Under the pieces are notes generated by a model. That model did no database searches. It saw only the letters and a program-made list of their open reading frames with translations, and was not told where the DNA came from. The translations under genes and the position numbers were made by a program. From assembly GCA_031366795.1 (NCBI GenBank), contig JANLOX010000155.1, positions 1-11,035 on the forward strand: a DNA stretch of 11,035 bases, written 5' to 3'. Positions 1 through 5,914 of the stretch are shown here, piece by piece (the first letter of the stretch is position 1; each line of letters starts with the position of its first letter). This DNA is from Candidatus Eiseniibacteriota bacterium (lineage in GTDB: Bacteria; Eisenbacteria; RBG-16-71-46).

Positions 1-1516
1 GCGCGATGATGCCGATGTTGCAGGTGTCGCCCTTGTCGCCGCTGCGGCCATGGGCGATGCGCGACAGCGGCACCGTGACGCGCTTGGCGGAGCCCTTGAG
101 GGCAGGCCAATTCTCGCGCGGCAGGCGTTCGGGGGACCCCGGCGGCAACAACGGTGTCGGCCAATCGAGCTCGCGTTCGCCGTCGCGCGTGACCAGCCGC
201 GGCTTGACGCGGTCGCGTGGCACCAGCGCCGGCCAGTAGGCCACGACTTCCTGCGCCTGCGGGCGGCCGCCCGTCACGGCGACGCCGGGAGGTCCCGACA
301 GGATCACCGCGGGGATCAGCTTGGAGAACGCTTCGATCTTCGACTTGTCGGCGTCGCGCACCGACAGGCGCAACAGGATCTCGGGCGGATCGCTCGCCGG
401 CGCCAACGGGCCCCAGCAGGCGGAGTGCCCGATCTGTTCAGTGTGCGTGGCGGTGAAAGTCAGCCCCAGGCGCTTCCAGAACAACGCCGCGAACGCCTTG
501 GCCTTGGCCGCCGCATCGGGCGCCGAGATGATGAGCGTGCCGTTCGCCTTCCAGCCATCGAAGTAGGCGGCACTGACCTTGAGTGACGGTGGTGCCGGGC
601 GGCCCTTGATGCCCCACACGCGCACGCGGTCGCGACCGGCCTGCTCGAGTTGGATCGTCGCGAAGTCGGCGACGACGTCCGGCGTGATGTAACCACGCGG
701 GTCGCCCATCTCGTAGAGCAACTGCTCCTTCACCGTGCGCACAGTGACGGCGCCGCCGGTGCGCGCGTGCTTGGTGACGATGAACGAGCCGTCGGGGAAT
801 ACTTCGAGAATCGGGTAGCCGATCCCCGGGAAGTCGCGAATCTCACGCCAGTCCGTGAAGTTGCCGCCCGTGCTCTGCGCACCGCATTCGACGATGTGCC
901 CCGCCACGATGCCCGCCGCGAGGCGGTTCCAATCGTTGGGCGCCCAGTCGAACGCATGGATCATCGGCGCGAGAGTGATGCCCGTGTCGGTGCAGCGGCC
1001 GGTGACGACGATTTGCGCGCCGCTCTTGAGCGCTTCGACGACCGGCCAGGCGCCGTAGTAGGCGTTCGCGGAAGAAACGCGATCGCGAATCGGCGCGAAC
1101 GCCGCGCCGTCCTCCATGTTGTTGAGCGACACGCCGGCGCCGTTCATCTCGCCCAGGCGCTCCATCAGGTCGTCGCCGATCACCGCCGCGACATCGAGCG
1201 GCTTGCCGAGGGCTTGCGTGGTCTCGAGCAGCGCGCCGCGGCAGGACAGCGGGTTCACGCCGCCGGCGTTGGTGATGACACGAGTACCGGTCTTGGCGAG
1301 CAGGTCCAGTGAGTCCTCGACCTGCTTCACGAAGTCACGCGCGAAGCCCGCCCGCGGATCGCGCGAGCGTTGCTTCTGCATGATCGACATGGTGACCTCG
1401 GCGAGAAAGTCGAGGGTCAGGTAGTCGATCGGCCCGAGCTCGAGTTGGCGCTTGAACTGGGTGAGATCGTCACCCCAGTAGCCACCGGCGTTGGCGATAC
1501 GAATGGACTTGGGCAT
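1..1516 (-). CDS. atuA: Acyclic terpene utilization AtuA-family protein (DUF1446) with fused C-terminal domain; 3' end truncated by window edge
   Basis: Hand translation from ATG at 1516 (in-frame alternative ATG at 1528) gives MPKSIRIANAGGYWGDDLTQF...GPIDYLTLDFLAEVTMSIMQKQRSRDPRAGFARDFV...VITNAGGVNP, the typical AtuA N-terminus. The same frame near the edge reads VVAYWPALVPR...VPLSRIAHGRSGDKGDTCNIGIIA, the AtuA C-terminal RSGDKGD motif. Absent from the ORF track because it has no stop in the window. The symbol denotes family membership only. Confidence 0.9.
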   Translation of the reverse strand, partial: MPKSIRIANAGGYWGDDLTQFKRQLELGPIDYLTLDFLAEVTMSIMQKQRSRDPRAGFARDFVKQVEDSLDLLAKTGTRVITNAGGVNPLSCRGALLETTQALGKPLDVAAVIGDDLMERLGEMNGAGVSLNNMEDGAAFAPIRDRVSSANAYYGAWPVVEALKSGAQIVVTGRCTDTGITLAPMIHAFDWAPNDWNRLAAGIVAGHIVECGAQSTGGNFTDWREIRDFPGIGYPILEVFPDGSFIVTKHARTGGAVTVRTVKEQLLYEMGDPRGYITPDVVADFATIQLEQAGRDRVRVWGIKGRPAPPSLKVSAAYFDGWKANGTLIISAPDAAAKAKAFAALFWKRLGLTFTATHTEQIGHSACWGPLAPASDPPEILLRLSVRDADKSKIEAFSKLIPAVILSGPPGVAVTGGRPQAQEVVAYWPALVPRDRVKPRLVTRDGERELDWPTPLLPPGSPERLPRENWPALKGSAKRVTVPLSRIAHGRSGDKGDTCNIGIIA

Positions 1517-1582
1517 GAGGGATCGCATCTTTAGAAGGGTGCGCAGCCGTGAGGCGCGCACGAACGCGCGCAGGTGCTGCCG

Positions 1583-1593
1583 AGCCTAGCACA
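1583..1593 (-). promoter_or_regulatory. Putative extended -10 element (TGTGCTAGGCT) upstream of the AtuA-family gene
   Basis: Minus strand reads TG-C-TAGGCT, fitting TGnTAnnnT, about 65 nt upstream of the start. No clear -35. Confidence 0.35.
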
Positions 1594-1625
1594 CCGCGCG
1601 CGCTTGGCCGCTGTTGCGGGGGCTG

Positions 1626-1955
1626 TTAAGCCTTCTCGAGCTTCACCGCCGTGCCGTACGCCAGCACTTCGGTGATCCCCTCCATCACTTCGTTCGCGTC
1701 GTAGCGCATCGCCACGATGGCGTCGGCGCCGATTGCTCCCGCATGCTGCGTCAGCAACTCGAACGCTTCGCCCCGCGCCTTCTCGCACAGCTCGGTGTAG
1801 ATGGTGATGTTGCCGCCGAACAACGACTGGATGCTGCCGGCGAGATTGCCAAGCACGCTGCGCGAACGGACCGTGATGCCGCGCACGACGCCGAGATTCT
1901 GGACGATGCGATAGCCGGGAATCTCGAGTGCCGTGGTGACCATGCTCTGGTTCAT
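1626..1955 (-). CDS. ybjQ: YbjQ/UPF0145 family protein (putative heavy-metal-binding)
   Basis: 109 aa with family motifs VTTALEIPGYRIVQNLGVVRGITVRSR, GGNITIYTELCEKARGEA, GADAIVAMRYD and EVLAYGTAV. GGAGG Shine-Dalgarno at 1964-1968. Confidence 0.93.
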   Translation of the reverse strand: MNQSMVTTALEIPGYRIVQNLGVVRGITVRSRSVLGNLAGSIQSLFGGNITIYTELCEKARGEAFELLTQHAGAIGADAIVAMRYDANEVMEGITEVLAYGTAVKLEKA

Positions 1956-1975
1956 CTGCGAAACCTCCGGATGCG

Positions 1976-3493
1976 TCAGCTCTTGCCCTGTTCCCGCTGC
2001 TTGGCTGCTTCCATCGCCTTGCGGAGCGCCAACGCCATCGTGGTCGGCTCCTCGGGGCCCGTCTGCTGCGTCGGCACCTGCACGAACCGCGGCTCGCGCG
2101 AGCCACCGGCGCCACCACCACGCGGTCCACGATCGCCACGCTCACTGCGCGATCCGCGATCGCCCCCGCCACCGCCGCGAGGTCCGCCCGCACCACCGCC
2201 ACGCGGGCCGCCCGCGCCACCACCCGCACCGCCGCCGCCACTGCGCGGACGGTCACTGCCGCCGCGCGGGCGCTCGGGCGCTGCGAGATAGCCCTCAGGC
2301 ACTTCGAGCGTCTTCTTGATCGACAGCGAGACGCGCTTCTTGTCAGGCTCGACGCTCTGCACGATGGCGTCGACCTTCTGGCCGACGGTGAGCACGTCCT
2401 TCGGCTGCGCCACGCGCTCGTAAGCGATCTCGGAGACATGAACGAGGCCATCGATTCCGGGAGCGATGTTCACGAACGCGCCGAAGTCGGTCAGCCGCGC
2501 CACGGTGCCGCTGACGCGCGCGCCCACGGTGAACTGCTGCGTGACGCCCGACCACGGATCCGCCGCCGTCGCCTTCATGGACAGCGCGATGCGCGGACGT
2601 CCGTCCTTGCCCTGGTCGATGCGCAACACGCGGGCCGAGACCTTCTGGCCTTCCTTGAGCGCCTGGTTCGGGTGCCCGATGCGCTCGTGGCTGATCTCGG
2701 AAACGTGCACCATGCCGTCGATCCCGCCGAGATCGACGAAGGCGCCGAACGGCTCGAGCCGCACCACGGTGCCCTCACGCTCATCGCCGACCTGCAGCGT
2801 GGCGATCACCGCCTGCGCCCCGACGTCATCCTTCGTCTTGAGCAGCGCGCGGCGCGAGACCACGACACTGCCGCGGCCCTCTTCAAGTGCGGTGACCAGG
2901 AACTCCAGCGTCTGGCCGATGTACTTGGACGGATCGGAGCAGAAGCCCAGTTCGATCTGCGACATCGGGCAGAACCCGCGCACGCCACCGATATCGAGCG
3001 TGAGTCCGCCGGAATTGACCGCCGTCACCTTGCCGGACACCGGCACCTGCGCGGCGTGCGCCTCGCGCATCGGCTTGAGGTCGGCCTTCGTCTTGGCAGG
3101 CTTGGCTCCGGGCTTGGATCCCGCCTTGGGCGTAACCTTGATCGAGGGCGCGAGCATCACCGAGTCACCGGATTCGATGACGTAGAGTTCGAGCACATCG
3201 CCGACCGCAACCTTCAGCGTGCCGTCGTCATTACGGTAGTGACGCGTCTCGACGAGGCCTTCGCTGCGTCCGCCAAAATCGACGAGTACGTTTTCATCGC
3301 CAATGCTGACCACGGTCGACTTCAGCTTGGCGCCCGGGGCGACCTTCGCCACGGCGGCCACGCCGGCTTCGGCGGTCGGCTTGGTGTGTTCGTAATCGGC
3401 GAGTGCGTTGGCGAACTCCGTCGAAGGAATTTCGTCGTCGCGTTCGGGTTCGGCAGGGACTTCGGGCGGCGTTGAGGCGGTCACGTCGTTCAT
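1976..3493 (-). CDS. rpsA: S1 RNA-binding domain protein, 30S ribosomal protein S1-like (four S1 domains, Gly/Arg-rich C-terminal tail); possibly a paralog
   Basis: 505 aa with four S1/OB repeats: PGAKLKSTVVSIGDENVLVDFGGRSEGLV, VSGKVTAVNSGGLTLDIGGVRGFCPMSQI, GTVVRLEPFGAFVDLGGIDGMVHVSEIS and GTVARLTDFGAFVNIAPGIDGLVHVSEIA...KRVSLSIK. Whether this is the main rpsA cannot be decided from this window. Confidence 0.85.
   Translation of the reverse strand: MNDVTASTPPEVPAEPERDDEIPSTEFANALADYEHTKPTAEAGVAAVAKVAPGAKLKSTVVSIGDENVLVDFGGRSEGLVETRHYRNDDGTLKVAVGDVLELYVIESGDSVMLAPSIKVTPKAGSKPGAKPAKTKADLKPMREAHAAQVPVSGKVTAVNSGGLTLDIGGVRGFCPMSQIELGFCSDPSKYIGQTLEFLVTALEEGRGSVVVSRRALLKTKDDVGAQAVIATLQVGDEREGTVVRLEPFGAFVDLGGIDGMVHVSEISHERIGHPNQALKEGQKVSARVLRIDQGKDGRPRIALSMKATAADPWSGVTQQFTVGARVSGTVARLTDFGAFVNIAPGIDGLVHVSEIAYERVAQPKDVLTVGQKVDAIVQSVEPDKKRVSLSIKKTLEVPEGYLAAPERPRGGSDRPRSGGGGAGGGAGGPRGGGAGGPRGGGGGDRGSRSERGDRGPRGGGAGGSREPRFVQVPTQQTGPEEPTTMALALRKAMEAAKQREQGKS
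2088..2276 (-). repeat. Low-complexity Gly/Arg coding repeat (GPRGGG x3) in the S1-like protein tail
   Basis: Translation ERPRGGSDRPRSGGGGAGGGAGGPRGGGAGGPRGGGGGDRGSRSERGDRGPRGGGAGGSREPR. The DNA is an imperfect repeat rich in CCG/CCA on the plus strand. Confidence 0.75.
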
Positions 3494-3525
3494 GTGGGCA
3501 GTTCGTCCTGACAGGGTTTAAGCGA

Positions 3526-3551
3526 GGTGCGCGAGGCACTGGTGCGCGAGG
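3526..3551. repeat. Perfect 11-bp direct repeat GGTGCGCGAGG x2 (15-bp period) in the S1 gene leader
   Basis: Copies at 3526-3536 and 3541-3551. Confidence 0.6.
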
Positions 3552-3559
3552 GACGGACG

Positions 3560-3565
3560 ATTGTA
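3560..3565 (-). promoter_or_regulatory. Putative sigma-70 -10 element TACAAT for the S1-like/ybjQ transcript
   Basis: 5/6 match to TATAAT in a locally AT-rich patch about 66 nt upstream of the ATG at 3493. The -35 is poor. Confidence 0.4.
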
Positions 3566-3630
3566 CTTCAATCAGGGCTTCCAGTTGCAGCAGGGTTCGC
3601 CCGAATCGCCAAATTCCTGCCCCAGGTGTT

Positions 3631-4128
3631 TCAGCTTGAGCCACCGGCCAGGAACCTCGCCTCGTCGGGAAAGGCCTCGCGCAAGCGGGATTCAGCCTCC
3701 GGATCGTCGTTGATCAGCGCGAAATCGGCGAAGTCGAAACCGGGCGCCACGGTGCATCCGGCCAATGAATACGCGCCCAGCGTGCGTGCCCGCTGCCAGC
3801 AGCCGCCGGGGACGACGGCCATCGGCGACTGCCCGGGCGCTACGGGCCCGAGCCGCCGACGCTCGATCCGGTCCCAGGCGGGGCTAATCCACGCCAATTC
3901 GAGCGCATCGCCCTCGTAGGCGTTCCAGATTTCATCGTGGGCGACCCGGTGCCAGACGCTGTGTTCGCCGTCGGCGAGCAGGAAGTAGATGTGGGTCGCC
4001 GCGGGCCGGCGCTCGCCCTGGGCGCTGGTCACGTGCTTCGTCCCTCGAAAAGCCTCATGGAACCGCCCACCCTCCGGGTGGGGCTTAAGCTCAAGTGAGG
4101 TGATCAGCTCGAGGGCGCGGGGGTGCAT
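3631..4128 (-). CDS. Cupin domain protein, Cupin_5/DUF985 family
   Basis: Probable start ATG at 4128 (MHPRALELITSLELKPHPEGG) preceded by GGAG. Motifs PHPEGG, IYFLL, WHRV-DEIW, VVPGGCWQRA and GCTVAPGFDFADF; 165 aa. The listed 329-aa ORF is over-extended into the antisense of bioY. Confidence 0.9.
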   Translation of the reverse strand: MHPRALELITSLELKPHPEGGRFHEAFRGTKHVTSAQGERRPAATHIYFLLADGEHSVWHRVAHDEIWNAYEGDALELAWISPAWDRIERRRLGPVAPGQSPMAVVPGGCWQRARTLGAYSLAGCTVAPGFDFADFALINDDPEAESRLREAFPDEARFLAGGSS

Positions 4129-4203
4129 GGGGCGTATTCTCCAGAGCATGCGACGTGGCTTGGTCCGTACGGATGATGACAGCTTACGCGCCGCCCGCAA
4201 TTG

Positions 4204-4233
4204 TTGCCGAGGCTTTCGCCAGCATGCTAGCGT
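4204..4233 (+). promoter_or_regulatory. Putative sigma-70 promoter for bioY (TTGCCG-N18-TAGCGT with extended TG)
   Basis: TTGCCG at 4204-4209, TG at 4225-4226 and TAGCGT at 4228-4233, about 95 nt upstream of the bioY ATG. Confidence 0.4.
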
Positions 4234-4327
4234 CCCGCCGTCGCTCACCCGCCACACGCAACCGTCCGCGCTGCGCGTACCGCGCGGACGAATCAATCGT
4301 GAAACCACCGACTCATTAGAGGTATTC

Positions 4328-4912
4328 ATGTCCGCCACGCGCACGCTCACACTGGCCGATGTCGCGATCCCGCGCGCCGGCGCGCTCCACAACGTTGCGT
4401 TGATTGTCGGCGCCAGCGTCGTGACAGGGCTAGCGGCCCAGATCGCGATCCCGCTGCCCTGGACTCCCGTGCCGATCACCGGGCAGACGTTCGCCGTGCT
4501 ACTCACCGGCGCAGTCCTGGGAACGCGCCGCGCCATGCTGGCCCAGGCGCTGTACCTGCTCGAGGGCGCCATCGGCCTGCCGGTGTTCGCGGGCGGTGCT
4601 GCCGGGGTGCTCAAGCTCATGGGACCCAGCGGTGGTTACCTGATGGCGTTCCCGTTCGCCGCCGCCGTGACCGGCGCGCTGTGCGAGCGCGGCTGGGATC
4701 GCCGCTTCCTCACCATGTTCGCGGCCTTGTTGCTAGGTTCGAGCGTGATCTTCGCGGCGGGCCTCGCGCAGTTGTCGCGCTTCGTGCCCGGATCGACGCT
4801 GCTCGCGCAAGGGTTGCTGCCGTTCCTGCCGGGCGACCTGATCAAGTCGGCGCTCGCAGCACTCGCGTTCCCCGCGGCATGGCGCATCGCCAACCGCAAC
4901 GACCGCGCGTGA
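4328..4912 (+). CDS. bioY: Biotin transporter BioY (ECF S-component)
   Basis: ATG at 4328 after GAGGT; 194-aa hydrophobic protein with AQIAIPLPWTPVPITGQTFAVLLTGAVLG, YLLEGAIGLPVFAGG, GPSGGYL and LLPFLPGDLIK, all BioY signatures. Confidence 0.95.
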   Translation: MSATRTLTLADVAIPRAGALHNVALIVGASVVTGLAAQIAIPLPWTPVPITGQTFAVLLTGAVLGTRRAMLAQALYLLEGAIGLPVFAGGAAGVLKLMGPSGGYLMAFPFAAAVTGALCERGWDRRFLTMFAALLLGSSVIFAAGLAQLSRFVPGSTLLAQGLLPFLPGDLIKSALAALAFPAAWRIANRNDRA

Positions 4913-4938
4913 GCATGCGCGACAGGGACGCTGATTCC

Positions 4939-5796
4939 ATGACCGTCAATACCATCGCGGTGCTCGGCGCCGGCATCATGGGCCGCGGAATCGCCTACGC
5001 ATCACTGCTCGGCGGTTATCGCACTCTGTTGCAGGACCCGAATGAAGAGGCGCTCGAGAAGGGCGTTGCCGAGATCTGGGCCACGTTCGAGAAGGGCGTG
5101 GTCACCGGCAAGGTGACGAGCGAAGTCGCGGCGCACGCGAACAAGGCGCTCAAGACCGTGCGGTCGATCGAGGACGCGGCGCGCGAGGCGGATCTCGTCA
5201 TCGAGGCCGCGCCCGAGAAGATCGATCTTAAGGTCGAGTTGTTCGCGAAGCTCGACGAAGTTGCCCCCAAGCACGCGCTCCTCGCCAGCAACACGTCTTC
5301 GCTGTCGATTACCGAGATGGCGGCCGCCACCAATCGCGCGCAGCAGGTGGTGGGCATGCACTTCTTCAATCCCGTGCACCGCATGAAGCTGCTCGAAGTG
5401 GTGAAGGCGCTCGAGACGAGCGAGGCGACGATTGCCGCCGTGAGTGCCGTGGGTGTGCGCATGGGCAAGGAGAGCGTGGTGGTGCGCGAGTCGCCGGGTT
5501 TCGTGACGAGCCGCATCAATGCCATGATCGGCAACGAGGCGTTCTACATGCTGCAGGAGGGCGTGGCGAGTGCTGCCGACATCGACAAGGCGCTCAAGCT
5601 CGGGCTCAACCATCCGATGGGTCCGTTCGAACTGGTGGACCTGGTCGGGCTCGACACGCGGCTGTCGATCTTGCGCTTCCTGCACCGCACGCTGGGCGAG
5701 AAGTTCCGTCCCTGCCCGCTGATGGAACAGTACGTCGCCGCCGGACGGCTCGGCCGCAAGAGCGGGCGCGGCGTGTACGAGTACCCCGCGAGCTAA
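4939..5796 (+). CDS. 3-hydroxyacyl-CoA dehydrogenase (3-hydroxybutyryl-CoA dehydrogenase/PaaH-like family)
   Basis: Rossmann motif GAGIMG, then EAAPEKIDLK, ASNTSSL, catalytic GMHFFNPVHRMKLLEVV, PGFVTSRI, NHPMGPFELVDLVGLD and GRLGRKSGRGVY; 285 aa from ATG 4939. In-frame alternatives are ATG 4915 and GTG 4909, the latter overlapping the bioY TGA. Confidence 0.93.
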   Translation: MTVNTIAVLGAGIMGRGIAYASLLGGYRTLLQDPNEEALEKGVAEIWATFEKGVVTGKVTSEVAAHANKALKTVRSIEDAAREADLVIEAAPEKIDLKVELFAKLDEVAPKHALLASNTSSLSITEMAAATNRAQQVVGMHFFNPVHRMKLLEVVKALETSEATIAAVSAVGVRMGKESVVVRESPGFVTSRINAMIGNEAFYMLQEGVASAADIDKALKLGLNHPMGPFELVDLVGLDTRLSILRFLHRTLGEKFRPCPLMEQYVAAGRLGRKSGRGVYEYPAS

Positions 5797-5880
5797 AGGC
5801 CACTCGCGTGCGCGATCCGCCCGCGAGGGCGCTCGCCGCACATGGCCGGAAGATCGCGCAAAACACCGGGGTTCTGGGGC

Positions 5881-5907
5881 TTAGTTTTCGCGGGAATGCG
5901 CCGATAA
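5881..5907 (+). promoter_or_regulatory. Sigma-28 (FliA/SigD/WhiG)-like promoter TTAGTTTT-N11-GCCGATAA
   Basis: Exact GCCGATAA -10 at 5900-5907. The -35 matches 5/8 of TAAAGTTT at the canonical 11-nt spacing. Confidence 0.5.
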
Positions 5908-5914
5908 CGAGGGG

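Noticed and set aside
6..1424. Several plus-strand ORFs (50-586, 650-1312, 1116-1424 and others)
   Set aside because: They are antisense shadows of the AtuA-family gene with no recognisable motifs. Long antisense ORFs are expected in high-GC coding DNA.
1531..3475. ORFs 1531-2451(-), 1614-2291(+), 2438-3475(+) and 2466-3185(+)
   Set aside because: They are alternative-frame or antisense to the well-supported ybjQ and S1 genes, and give Arg/Ala/Ser-rich translations with no recognisable motifs.
3989..4938. N-terminal extensions of the cupin (to 4620), BioY (from 3989) and dehydrogenase (from 4681) ORFs, which suggest overlapping divergent genes
   Set aside because: Family homology and RBS positions support starts at 4128, 4328 and about 4939. 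The extensions are artefacts of stop-poor GC-rich DNA.
5803..5827. Hairpin CTCGCG...CGCGAG after the dehydrogenase stop as a terminator
   Set aside because: The stem is interrupted and there is no U-tract, so it is too weak to call.
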